Shown in pieces: positions 1 to 9,182 of a DNA stretch of 26,007 nucleotides (positions are counted from its first letter, which is position 1; every line of letters starts with the position of its first letter). Source of the DNA: Acidobacteriota bacterium. GTDB taxonomy: Bacteria; Acidobacteriota; Blastocatellia; RBC074. The notes beneath the pieces were generated by a model. It made no database searches, was not told the DNA's origin, and was given only the letters and a program-made list of their open reading frames with translations. The DNA is taken from the NCBI GenBank assembly GCA_040007555.1, contig JBDTUW010000001.1, positions 1 to 26,007 on the forward strand. Reading direction: 5' to 3'. A program made the translations under genes and the position numbers.

Positions 1-38
1 CGCTTTGCTGGATAAACGATCAGCTCGAGGAAGTTCTG

Positions 39-1583
39 ATGAGTTCTAAAGCCCCAGCGCTCGAGATGCGCGGAATCAGCAAATCCTTCGCCGGGAATGC
101 AGTGCTCGTGGATGTCGACCTGCAGGTCGCGGCGGGTGAAGTTCACGCCCTGGTGGGCGAAAATGGGGCCGGAAAATCGACGTTGATGAAGATCCTCGCA
201 GGCGTCTACCAGCCGGATGGCGGCGAGATATTTATGGATGGGAATCCGGTGCATTTCGCGCGTCCTGGCGATGCGCTTAAGTCCGGAATCGCCATGATCT
301 TCCAGGAGCTTTCTCTCGCTCCGCACCTGACCGTCGCCGAGAATATCTTTCTTGGACGTGAACCTCTTGCGCTCAAGCATCTCGGACTGATCGATCGCAA
401 GGCTCTCAATGAACGCGCCGCCGCACTGCTTACCGAGTACGGATTTCGCATCAACGCGCGCTCTCCCGTAAGCTGGCTGAGTGCGGCCGACAGACAGTTG
501 GTAGAGATCACGCGGGCAATCGTCGAGGCGCGTCGGGTAATCGTCATGGACGAGCCCACCTCATCGCTGACGACGAACGAAGTGGAGGAGCTTTTTCGCT
601 TGATTCGTGACCTGAGGGCACGAGGGCTTGCGATCGTCTATATCTCCCATCGCCTCGAAGAGCTTGACGTGATTGCCGACGGGCTGTCGATTCTTCGCGA
701 CGGCCGTGCTGTCTATTCGGGTGCCTGGGGTGCGATCTCGACTGATGAGATGATTCGTCATATGGCGGGGCGTGAGCTGAAGGAAATCTTTCCACCGCGC
801 TCTGCGGCGATCGGTGACGTCAAGCTGCGTGTTGAAGGGCTTTCGAGACGACCAAAGTTCGCAAAAGTGAGTTTCGAGGCGCGTTCCGGCGAGATAGTCG
901 GTATTGCGGGGCTGGCCGGCGCGGGCAGGACGGAGGTTGTCGAGGCGATCTTTGGCGCTCAGCCCGCTGACGAAGGGCGCATTCTCGTCGATGGCAAGCT
1001 GATTGAGAGGGTCCGACCACGGAAAGCAGTTGAGCATTCCGTCAGTCTCCTGACCGAGGATCGCAAGCGGACGGGTTTGTGCTTGAATCTGTCGATCGCC
1101 AACAACGTGACGCTGGCCAGCGTCTCAAAACTGGTCCGTGGTGGCCGCGTTCAGCGTCGCAAAGAGATCGAGGCTGCGAAGACCTATATCAGCAAGCTTC
1201 ACATTCAGCCCCCGCAGCCCAGTCAGCCGGTTGGCCGGTTGAGCGGCGGAAACCAGCAGAAGACCCTTCTTGGGCGCTGGCTCTTTGCCGACACAAAAGT
1301 GTTTCTGCTCGATGAACCGACGCGAGGCGTCGATGTCGCTGCCCGCGTCGAAATCTATCGCGCGATCAATGAACTGGCAGAAGCCGGTGCCGCGATTGTT
1401 ATGGTTTCGTCCGATCTTCCGGAACTCTTAGGAATGGCGGATCGCATCCTGGTGCTGCGGCGAGGCACCCTGGTAGCGGAACTTGACGCGGCTCACGCCA
1501 CGCAGGAGGAGATACTCAAGTTCGCTGCTGTTGATTTGCCGCCGCAGCCACTCGTTGATGAAGTAAGCAACATCGCGCACTAG
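39..1583 (+). CDS. Sugar ABC transporter ATP-binding protein (RbsA/MglA-type, two fused NBDs)
   Basis: Walker [11 protein letters not shown]-loop IFQELSL, Walker B IVMDEPT; second NBD with LSGGNQQK signature and [11 protein letters not shown]; 514 aa; GAGG upstream of ATG. Confidence 0.93.
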   Translation: MSSKAPALEMRGISKSFAGNAVLVDVDLQVAAGEVHALVGENGAGKSTLMKILAGVYQPDGGEIFMDGNPVHFARPGDALKSGIAMIFQELSLAPHLTVAENIFLGREPLALKHLGLIDRKALNERAAALLTEYGFRINARSPVSWLSAADRQLVEITRAIVEARRVIVMDEPTSSLTTNEVEELFRLIRDLRARGLAIVYISHRLEELDVIADGLSILRDGRAVYSGAWGAISTDEMIRHMAGRELKEIFPPRSAAIGDVKLRVEGLSRRPKFAKVSFEARSGEIVGIAGLAGAGRTEVVEAIFGAQPADEGRILVDGKLIERVRPRKAVEHSVSLLTEDRKRTGLCLNLSIANNVTLASVSKLVRGGRVQRRKEIEAAKTYISKLHIQPPQPSQPVGRLSGGNQQKTLLGRWLFADTKVFLLDEPTRGVDVAARVEIYRAINELAEAGAAIVMVSSDLPELLGMADRILVLRRGTLVAELDAAHATQEEILKFAAVDLPPQPLVDEVSNIAH

Positions 1584-1673
1584 ATCGCCAAACTCGAGTT
1601 GGTCGCCCCGTAGAAGTACGTCAACAAGGCGCCAGGGCGCGAGGTTATTCGATTGCGGGAATTGGAGTGCGGC

Positions 1674-1703
1674 TTGACTCGCGGAAGCGGGCTGTCTTAA
1701 GGT
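1674..1703 (+). promoter_or_regulatory. Possible sigma70-type internal promoter upstream of the permease
   Basis: TTGACT (1674-1679), 18-nt spacer, TAAGGT (1698-1703) in the 161-nt gap; match by eye only. Confidence 0.25.
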
Positions 1704-1744
1704 GCCGACGTCCTACATTCTCCCGCTCACTAAAGTAAAAAAAG

Positions 1745-2689
1745 ATGCCTGAGTGGATAAAGCGACTTCTTCCGTTTCTCAGCCTGCTCGCGCTTTGCGC
1801 GCTGATTGCCGCGCTTGAGCCGAGGTTTCTCTCGGCGGGCAATCTCGCCAGTGTCGCGAGGCAAACTGCTGTCATCACCATCATGGCCATGGGGATGACG
1901 ATGGTCATGGTATCGGGAGGAATCGACCTTTCCGTCGGCTCCATCATGGCATTTTGCGGCGTCACCGGCGCCATGACCATGGCGAACGGCGGCTCGGTCC
2001 TCGCCGGCATCGCGGTCGCCATTGCCACTGGAATCATGCTTGGGCTGATCAACGGAATCGCCGTCGCATCGCTGCGCATCCCACCCTTTATTGTCACGCT
2101 TGGGGCAATGGGTATTTACCGCGGTGCCGTACTCCTGATTACCGACGGCAACGCGGTTGTCGGCCTTCCTTCGACTTTCGGGTACCTCGCTGAAGGCAAT
2201 CTGTTCGGAATTCTACCCATACCTCTCTTGATGGTGATCATCGTCGCTGGCGGTATTCACTTCATTCTCAGCCAGACGCGGCTGGGAAGGTATTGCTACG
2301 CGATAGGCAGCAATGTCGAGGCGGCGCGGTACGCGGGAATCAACGTCGCCCGCAATCAGATGATCTTCTATGCGATTCTCGGCGCGCTCACCGGCCTCGC
2401 CGGAGCGATCGAGGCGGCAAGGCTGGTCACCGGGCAACCAACCGCTGGCGAAGGATACGAGCTAAGGGTTATCGCAGCGGTCGTCATTGGCGGTGGGAGC
2501 CTGAGCGGCGGGCAGGGAACGGTTCTCGGGACCATTATCGGCTCACTTATCATGGGCGTGCTCGCGAATGGCGCGAATCTCCTGGGCATCTCATCGTTCG
2601 CGCAGCAGATTGTCATCGGAGCCGTCATCGTGCTGGCGGTCACCTTCGACGAGTTTCAAAGACGGCGTCTGGAAAGCACATCATCGTAA
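1745..2689 (+). CDS. Sugar ABC transporter permease (RbsC-type)
   Basis: Hydrophobic 314 aa with family motifs GGIDLSVGS, IPPFIVTLG, T.LGRY.YAIGSN.EAA, GYELRVIAAVVIGG.SL.GG.G. Confidence 0.93.
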   Translation: MPEWIKRLLPFLSLLALCALIAALEPRFLSAGNLASVARQTAVITIMAMGMTMVMVSGGIDLSVGSIMAFCGVTGAMTMANGGSVLAGIAVAIATGIMLGLINGIAVASLRIPPFIVTLGAMGIYRGAVLLITDGNAVVGLPSTFGYLAEGNLFGILPIPLLMVIIVAGGIHFILSQTRLGRYCYAIGSNVEAARYAGINVARNQMIFYAILGALTGLAGAIEAARLVTGQPTAGEGYELRVIAAVVIGGGSLSGGQGTVLGTIIGSLIMGVLANGANLLGISSFAQQIVIGAVIVLAVTFDEFQRRRLESTSS

Positions 2690-2702
2690 CTTTGGACATT
2701 TT

Positions 2703-3545
2703 ATGAAGATTACACAATTTAGGAAACCTGGTACGGGCGAACCTCGACTTGGCCTCCTTCGGGACGGCAAAGTAGCGGATGTGACCGAAGCAATTGCGGA
2801 CATGAAGTCGGTCATCAGTGGTGGCGCGGTGGCGCTCAAGCAGCTGGCTGGCGCAACTGCGTCGATGACCTACGATGAGAGAGACCTTGAGTTTCTGCCG
2901 GTTGTTTATCCGGGCAAGATAGTGGCGATCGGCCGGAACTACTTTGACCACGCAGTGGAGGGTGGCAGCGAGCCTCCACCCGCACCGCTGATCTTCACAA
3001 AACTACCCAACTCGCTAAACGCGCATGGGGCGCCGATCGTCCTGCCGAGTATCTCGACGCAGGTAGACTTCGAAGCGGAACTCGCGGTGGTCATCGGCCG
3101 GAAAGCGACGAGGGTCTCGGAAGCCGAGGCGCTCGATTATGTCTTCGGCTACACGCTCATTCACGATGTCAGCGCTCGCGATCTGCAGTTTGGGGACGGG
3201 CAGTGGGTTCGCGGGAAGAGCCTTGACACATTCGCGCCACTCGGACCCTTCATCACGACAAAGGATGAGATCTCTGACGTACAGGCGCTCAAGATCGAAG
3301 GCGTGCTCAATGGCGAGGTCATGCAGTCATCGAGTACCGGAAAGATGATCTTTCCGGTCGCGTATCTGATTCACTACATAGCGCAGGCGATCACACTTGA
3401 GCCGGGAGACGTGATTGCAACCGGGACACCTGAGGGTGTTGGTATTTTCCGCAAACCCCCGATTCTACTTAAGGCTGGTGACGTCTTTGAGGTTGTTATT
3501 GAGGGCCTCGGAACGCTCAGCAACCCGGTCGTGCAGGGCGAATGA
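2703..3545 (+). CDS. Fumarylacetoacetate hydrolase (FAH) family protein, 280 aa
   Basis: Motifs KIVAIGRNY..H, P.IFTK, DFEAELAVVIG, HDVSARD.Q, GKSLDTFAPLGP, LEPGDVIATGTPEGVG. Start moved from the track's 2568 (overlaps the permease) to ATG 2703 (MKITQF). Confidence 0.9.
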   Translation: MKITQFRKPGTGEPRLGLLRDGKVADVTEAIADMKSVISGGAVALKQLAGATASMTYDERDLEFLPVVYPGKIVAIGRNYFDHAVEGGSEPPPAPLIFTKLPNSLNAHGAPIVLPSISTQVDFEAELAVVIGRKATRVSEAEALDYVFGYTLIHDVSARDLQFGDGQWVRGKSLDTFAPLGPFITTKDEISDVQALKIEGVLNGEVMQSSSTGKMIFPVAYLIHYIAQAITLEPGDVIATGTPEGVGIFRKPPILLKAGDVFEVVIEGLGTLSNPVVQGE

Positions 3546-3569
3546 TGGCTCTTTGAATGGGCAAGGCTC

Positions 3570-5096
3570 ATGACCGAATATTTTATCGGGATTGACAGTG
3601 GTACGCAGAGCACCAAGACGCTGGTGCTTGATTCGTCAAACGGCGAGATAGTGGCTAGCGCCACTGCAACCTATGACCTGATCGAAGGACTCCCACCGGG
3701 ACACAAAGAGCAGAATCCATCCTCGTGGACCGATGCTGTGCGCGAGACAATCCCGCGAGTTCTCAATGAGTCGGGTATCGATCGAGGCAGCGTTTGCGGG
3801 ATCGGCGTTTCCGGCCAACAGCACGGGTTTGTTGCCCTGGACGCCGAGGACCTCGTCATTCGGCCCGCCAAGCTCTGGTGTGATACGAGCACCGAGGCGG
3901 AGTGCGCGGAGATTATTGCGAGTCTCGGAGGGCTTGAGTCAACTATCGAAACCGTCGGCAATGGAATGCCCGCGGGATTTACGGCACCGAAAATACTCTG
4001 GCTCAAGAAACACGAGCCGGAGAGTTACGCGCGTCTCCGATCTGTGCTCCTTCCGCACGATTACATCAACTTCTTCTTGACGGGGCGAAAGTGGATGGAG
4101 GACGGCGACGCCTCCGGAACTGGTTTGTTCGATGTCAGAAGGCGCACCTGGTCGCAACGCGCGATTGATGCGATTGACCCCAATCTTGCAGCCATGCTGC
4201 CGCATCGGATTGGTGATGATCAGATCAGCGGTCATCTCCGCGATGAGTTGAGGGCGGAGTGGGGACTTGGGGCGAAGGTGATTGTCAGCGCCGGTGGCGG
4301 CGATAACATGATGGGCGCCATTGGCACCGGCAATGTTAAGCAGGGAGTCGTCTCCGTAAGCCTTGGGACATCAGGGACAGTCTATGCCTGCTCGGAGTCA
4401 CCAGTGGTTGATCCGCAGGGTGAGATCGCGGCATTTTGTGACTCGACCGGAAGATGGCTCCCACTTGTCTGCACGATGAACGTTACCGCTGCCACCGAAA
4501 TGGTTCGCCAGCGGTTCGGTCTGTCTTACACGGCGCTCTCCGAAGCTGCACTTTCCTCACCACCGGGTAACGATGGGCTATTGCTCATCCCATTCTTCGA
4601 GGGCGAACGGACACCCGATCGGCCTGACGGAACCGGGGTGTACTTTGGTGTGCGTGAGAAGACGTTCGATATTCCGCACTTCGCGCGAGCTGCAATGGAA
4701 GGCACTGCGCTGGGGCTCAATTATGGGCTCAACCGAATGCGCGACCTTGGCATTGAGATTCATGAGATTCGAGCGACCGGTGGCGGCTCAAAAAGCGAGG
4801 CCTGGCGCCAGATCCTCGCTGATGTGTTCAATGCTGAGGTCGTCTGCCTGAAGAATGAGGAGGGCGCCGCGCTGGGCGCCGCTCTGCAGGCGATGTGGGC
4901 GTACAGAAATGCAATGGGCGACGCGATAGGGATAGAGGAACTGTGCGAACGCTTCGCCGGCCTCGAAGAATCTACTCGAGTGCTGCCGCGGCCAGCGGAA
5001 GCGGGCGTTTACCAGCGCCTGCAGACGCTACATAACCAGCTCGCGAACGATCTTCGTGGCGCGTTCGCGCTTCATCGCGGATTCATCACAACCTGA
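3570..5096 (+). CDS. xylB: Xylulokinase (FGGY carbohydrate kinase family)
   Basis: IGIDSGTQSTK, GVSGQQHG, LWCD, FTAPK, GGGDN, SLGTSG, GERTP, TGGGSKS..W.QILADV, EGAALGAA; substrate assigned from family motifs only. Confidence 0.8.
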   Translation: MTEYFIGIDSGTQSTKTLVLDSSNGEIVASATATYDLIEGLPPGHKEQNPSSWTDAVRETIPRVLNESGIDRGSVCGIGVSGQQHGFVALDAEDLVIRPAKLWCDTSTEAECAEIIASLGGLESTIETVGNGMPAGFTAPKILWLKKHEPESYARLRSVLLPHDYINFFLTGRKWMEDGDASGTGLFDVRRRTWSQRAIDAIDPNLAAMLPHRIGDDQISGHLRDELRAEWGLGAKVIVSAGGGDNMMGAIGTGNVKQGVVSVSLGTSGTVYACSESPVVDPQGEIAAFCDSTGRWLPLVCTMNVTAATEMVRQRFGLSYTALSEAALSSPPGNDGLLLIPFFEGERTPDRPDGTGVYFGVREKTFDIPHFARAAMEGTALGLNYGLNRMRDLGIEIHEIRATGGGSKSEAWRQILADVFNAEVVCLKNEEGAALGAALQAMWAYRNAMGDAIGIEELCERFAGLEESTRVLPRPAEAGVYQRLQTLHNQLANDLRGAFALHRGFITT

Positions 5097-5116
5097 GACT
5101 GGAACGGAGAGTCAAA

Positions 5117-6415
5117 TTGAAAAAAGTCGTGATTCTATCGCTGATATGCGCTGGCGCACTCGGTGCTTTCGTATCGGTGTCGGCGAGAGATCAGGCAAAG
5201 ACGTCGCCCAGGCGGATTGCATTGCGTGCCGCCAACCTGCTCAATGTTACGGATGGTCAGATGATTCGCAACCCTGTCATCCTTATCGAGGGCGAGCGAA
5301 TTGTTCAGGTCGGTTCCGAAATCCCGATTCCGCCGGAAAGTGAAGTCATCGATCTCGGAAGCGCGACTCTGCTTCCGGGTTTGATCGATTGTCACACTCA
5401 TATCACTTCCCAGCCGCAGAACTACTACGAAGACATTTTTCGCAAGAGCGCAATTGATGTTGCGGTCACAGCTCATGTTTATGCGCGCCGCACTCTTGAA
5501 GCGGGGTTCACCTCAGCCCGTGATGTCGGCGCCAGTGAGTTCGTGGACGTTGCCCTGCGGAACGCGATTAACTCAGGAATGGTAGTTGGACCACGCCTGC
5601 AGGTCGCAACGTTGACCGTGGGTGCGACGGGTGGTCACGGCGATACATCCGGCTTTAGCCCGTATCTGAAGTTTGGCGGGTTCTCCGGTGTAGCGGATGG
5701 CGCTGATGAAATAAGGAAACTGATCAGATTCGAAGTCAAATATGGAGCCGACCTCATCAAGTTGATAGCGACTGCCGGCGTTCTGTCGGAAGAAGAGTCT
5801 GTGGGTGCGCCGCAATATTCGCAGCAGGAAATGAACGTTGTTGTGGAAGAAGCAACAATGTGGGGTAAGAAGGTTGCCGCCCACGCACACGGTGCCGAGG
5901 GCATCAAACGCGCCGTCAAAGCCGGCGTGGCGTCAATCGAGCACGGGAGCCTGATCGATGATGAGGGGATCCGGCTCATGAAGGAGCGAGGGACCTACCT
6001 GGTGGCCGATATCTACAATGACGACTACATTCTCGCCGAGTTCTCTCGACTCGGCTATCCGGACAAGATCATCGAGAAGGAGCGGGTGGTTGGACGTGCG
6101 CAACGCGAGAATTTCAAGCGAGCCGCGGCTGCGGGCGTCAAGATTGCATTTGGCACGGATGCAGGCGTCTATCCACACGGCTGGAATGCAAAGCAGTTCG
6201 CTCACATGGTCAAATGGGGTTTGACACCGCTCCAGGCTATTCAGGCAGCGACCACGAGCGCGGCAGACCTGCTTGGTTGGTCGGACCGAATCGGGCTGAT
6301 CGCGGCTGGTCGCTTTGCAGATATCGTGGCCGTTTCCGGGAATCCTCTCGAGGACGTGACAGAACTTGAGCGGATCAAGTTCGTCATGAAGGGCGGTGTG
6401 ATTTACAAGAAGTAG
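5117..6415 (+). CDS. Secreted metal-dependent amidohydrolase (Xaa-Pro dipeptidase-like subgroup)
   Basis: TTG start with GGAG RBS; N-terminal signal peptide; HxH (DCHTHI), Lys in DLIKLIAT, AAHAHG, IEHG, GTDAG. Confidence 0.88.
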   Translation: MKKVVILSLICAGALGAFVSVSARDQAKTSPRRIALRAANLLNVTDGQMIRNPVILIEGERIVQVGSEIPIPPESEVIDLGSATLLPGLIDCHTHITSQPQNYYEDIFRKSAIDVAVTAHVYARRTLEAGFTSARDVGASEFVDVALRNAINSGMVVGPRLQVATLTVGATGGHGDTSGFSPYLKFGGFSGVADGADEIRKLIRFEVKYGADLIKLIATAGVLSEEESVGAPQYSQQEMNVVVEEATMWGKKVAAHAHGAEGIKRAVKAGVASIEHGSLIDDEGIRLMKERGTYLVADIYNDDYILAEFSRLGYPDKIIEKERVVGRAQRENFKRAAAAGVKIAFGTDAGVYPHGWNAKQFAHMVKWGLTPLQAIQAATTSAADLLGWSDRIGLIAAGRFADIVAVSGNPLEDVTELERIKFVMKGGVIYKK

Positions 6416-6454
6416 GAGCGTGGGTCCTGAGAGGTGAACAGGTCTGTCCTCGGT

Positions 6455-6535
6455 AGCGCAGTTTGCCTAATTCGCGCTGTCGACTGCAATTCGATAACTG
6501 CCGATAGAACGCAGCGCAATTTAAGCAAATTGCGC
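6455..6535. repeat. Inverted pair of REP-like palindromic elements between convergent genes
   Basis: GCGCAGTTTGCCTAATTCGCGCTG (6456-6479, preceded by GTA) matches the reverse complement of 6512-6535 at 20/24; the second copy holds a perfect 9-bp stem GCGCAATTT-AAGC-AAATTGCGC (6514-6535). Confidence 0.5.
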
Positions 6536-6577
6536 GATATGCTTATCGACGACTTGTCGGGCTGATACCTCCGCGCT

Positions 6578-8908
6578 TCACCGTCCCAATCGGATTCTCA
6601 GGCCACCCCGAAAGAGACGCGGCGCGCCGATCGTCTCGATTGGGGTTCTGCCTACGGCGTAGCGCTGATTGAGCACATTCTGCACAGCAAAGAAGGCATC
6701 GACAGTTTTCACCAGCCGTCTTTCGGCCATGAGGTCAATCAAGCTGAAGCTATCCAGCGGGAGACGATTCTGGTCGTCATCGAACTGCCTGCCGGAGGCA
6801 CGGAATTGCATGGCTGCGGTGATATACCTCGGATTGGAATACACCGTCTGCAATGTGAACTGATGCTGCGGCACCTGCGGAATCCAGAGCCCGACGAGAC
6901 GCGAGTCCTGCGGTGCCTCCAGAACGGTCGTATCCGAAAAGAGATATCCGGCGGTCAGATGCCAGTCTTCGGCCAGGCGAAGGTCTGATTCGATCTCGAT
7001 CCCTCGTGACCGCGTCCTGCCCAGATTCCGACGCTCGCGCGTGATCAGCGTCGGTGTAACCGTCAGTGTGAAGTTCGAAATTGGATTCACAGTCTCAGTC
7101 CAATACCCAGTCACGCGTGAACGCATCCGATCACCAACTTCCCAACTGGCACCCGCCTCACCGCCAGTCAAACGCTCGGCTTCGAGTCGTTCATTGGCCA
7201 CCGTCAGCGTGTCCCCAACTCGAAACGAACGGTATAACTCGTTCAGGGTAGGTGCGCGAAAGGCGCGATAGGCGGCGGCTCTGAGAGTTACGCCTTCACC
7301 GACGTGATAGAGGACGGCCACACGTGGACTGAACGCATCCTCGCTTCTCTCATCAAAGAAACGTGGTCTGACGACACCTGTCGCAAAAACCCGCTCAATC
7401 GAATAGGCCGATGAATCCCTCCAGTGATCGTAGCGAGCGCTGACCGAGACCAGCCAACGCGAAGTCAGAGAGATGATATCCTGCGCGAAAAAGCCACGCC
7501 GCCCTTGCCGGCCACCTGCGCTGACCAGTGAGGTTGGGATGCCATTCGTATAGACCTGCTCATCGCTGACGCCTCGAACACCGCGCAGATCCACACCGGC
7601 TAACAAAAGATGTTTCTCAGTGGTGAGACGTGACCAGGTAAACGAAAAGCCGGCGTCGCGCGAGGGAACTGCCTGCAAACGCGTCAGTGTCTCGCGGGCG
7701 CGGTCGGCCGTGACTGCGGTAAAGCTCTGGTGGAAACGCTGCTGGTTTCCAAAGAGGGAAAACTGCCAATTGCTCTTGTCCGGGCTTTGGAGCCGAAAGC
7801 CTGCAGCGGCAAACTCGCCGGTGGTGTCATTCCTTTGTACCGGCGTACCGTTCTTGCGGTCCTCGTCGAAAAGAGCCCCGCGCACAAAGACCGAGTTAGG
7901 CGCCTTGCCGGCTGTGCCTCCCCAACCTTTGGCGAGGCGCAGGTTAAGAGATCTGTGTTTCGATGCGGCATATTCATCGATCGGTCCTCGCCGTTCGGGA
8001 GCGACGATAAAGTAGCCGTCCGTCCGGGTCGCCTCACCGCTGAGATTGATCGACCAGTCATGCCAGGTGCCACCAGCAAACAAGCTGAGATCGGATGTGT
8101 CGTGGTTGCCGTAGCTGACTTCCGCATTGAGCACTGGTGCGGAGGGCGTTCGAGTAATGAGATTGATAACCCCGCTCAGCGCGTCAGACCCATAGAGGTC
8201 AGAGCTGCCGCCGCGGACGACCTCAACCTGTTCAACAGCGGCACGGGGAATACGATCCCAATAGACCCAGCCGCCGAAAGCATCGTTGAGCGGGAGACCA
8301 TCGGCGAGCACCAGGGTTCGGCTCGCACCACTTGCACCTGCTCCTCGTAGCGAGACACCCTGAGTCGTCGGGTTGGCGACGAGGCTGCTTGATCGGCGAA
8401 AGATGCTGAACCCGGGGACCTGCCGAAGCAGATCATCGAGCGTCTGCGCCGCCGCGTTCTCTACGTCTCGCGCACCAAGGACGGTGACACTTACGGGAAG
8501 CTCCTCAAGTCTGCGCTCGACTCGCGCTGGAGTGACCGTGACAACGTCGGGCAGCACGGGAATGGCCAGCGCCCAATCCACGACCAGGTCGCTGCGCGGT
8601 TCGACGGTGACTCGTTTGACCTGTTGGGCAAAGCCTCTTGCCTCTGCTCGGAGCAGATAATCGCCAGGTGCGAGAGCGAGGCGATAGCGTCCAGAGCTGT
8701 CCGTCTGGGCCGTGACCTCCGGGCGATCGCCGGCGGTTGCGAAAATGCTCGCTGAACCGATCGTGTCTCCCCGTTCATCCTTGACCTGACCCGAGACAGC
8801 GCCCTGATTCTGCTGACTTTGTTGAGCTCCAGCCTGCGAGCTACCGGAAGTGGAGGACACCAGCAGGAACGTGGTGAGAATGATGGATAACGGCGTATTG
8901 AGGAGCAT
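6578..8908 (-). CDS. TonB-dependent outer-membrane receptor with N-terminal carboxypeptidase-regulatory-like domain
   Basis: Signal peptide; G.V.D..G...T...G.Y.L beta-sandwich; TonB-box-like DVVTVT; plug motifs DLLRQVPG, VLADGLPLND, VEVVRGGSSDLYGSDALSGVINLIT; C-terminal barrel F.VQNVLN..Y...GAPRLFRGGLRIRL. Confidence 0.92.
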   Translation of the reverse strand: MLLNTPLSIILTTFLLVSSTSGSSQAGAQQSQQNQGAVSGQVKDERGDTIGSASIFATAGDRPEVTAQTDSSGRYRLALAPGDYLLRAEARGFAQQVKRVTVEPRSDLVVDWALAIPVLPDVVTVTPARVERRLEELPVSVTVLGARDVENAAAQTLDDLLRQVPGFSIFRRSSSLVANPTTQGVSLRGAGASGASRTLVLADGLPLNDAFGGWVYWDRIPRAAVEQVEVVRGGSSDLYGSDALSGVINLITRTPSAPVLNAEVSYGNHDTSDLSLFAGGTWHDWSINLSGEATRTDGYFIVAPERRGPIDEYAASKHRSLNLRLAKGWGGTAGKAPNSVFVRGALFDEDRKNGTPVQRNDTTGEFAAAGFRLQSPDKSNWQFSLFGNQQRFHQSFTAVTADRARETLTRLQAVPSRDAGFSFTWSRLTTEKHLLLAGVDLRGVRGVSDEQVYTNGIPTSLVSAGGRQGRRGFFAQDIISLTSRWLVSVSARYDHWRDSSAYSIERVFATGVVRPRFFDERSEDAFSPRVAVLYHVGEGVTLRAAAYRAFRAPTLNELYRSFRVGDTLTVANERLEAERLTGGEAGASWEVGDRMRSRVTGYWTETVNPISNFTLTVTPTLITRERRNLGRTRSRGIEIESDLRLAEDWHLTAGYLFSDTTVLEAPQDSRLVGLWIPQVPQHQFTLQTVYSNPRYITAAMQFRASGRQFDDDQNRLPLDSFSLIDLMAERRLVKTVDAFFAVQNVLNQRYAVGRTPIETIGAPRLFRGGLRIRLGR

Positions 8909-8953
8909 GAGCCCTTTCCAGAGGTGCGTGAGAGTGGATATTAAATCTGGATT

Positions 8954-8968
8954 TGAAGATAATCTTCA
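8954..8968. promoter_or_regulatory. Perfect 7-1-7 palindrome, candidate operator of the TonB receptor gene
   Basis: TGAAGAT-A-ATCTTCA, 46 nt upstream of the receptor ATG; adjacent AAATC-TG-GATTT palindrome at 8943-8954. Confidence 0.35.
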
Positions 8969-9015
8969 GCCGCGGCTCAAAAAGCAAGCGGCAACGCGTA
9001 TGACTGGAGGCCCAC

Positions 9016-9159
9016 TTGGAGACTATCAGGCGAAAGGTGTCGTCACCCTGGTCGGTAGCTGAGATCAGGGGGCAGATCGTTGGCGAAGTTCGATCGTGGT
9101 GTCGCGGAGCGGCTCTTCATGATGACCTGACCCTGGTGGTGGTTAAGATCCGGGACTAA
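9016..9159 (+). pseudogene. C-terminal remnant (or 47-aa microprotein) of a SpoIIE/PP2C-type phosphatase
   Basis: Frame +1 reads ...SVAEIRGQIVGEVRSWCRGAALHDDLTLVVVKIRD*, the typical DDxTxvvvk end of PP2C/SpoIIE domains; in-frame stop at 9001 upstream; GGAGG (9006-9010) sits 5 nt before TTG 9016. Not in the ORF track. Confidence 0.55.
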
Positions 9160-9182
9160 ACCTCCGCAGCAGCATACGGGGG

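Noticed and set aside
39-2689. Sugar ABC transporter as the myo-inositol importer feeding the right-hand cluster
   Set aside because: RbsA/RbsC-type motifs do not specify substrate; it is over 10 kb away, on the other strand, and coupled to xylulokinase
6578-8908. TonB receptor as the phytate importer partnering the phytase
   Set aside because: Known TonB-phytase pairs are adjacent; this one is about 9 kb away behind unrelated genes and has its own operator-like palindrome
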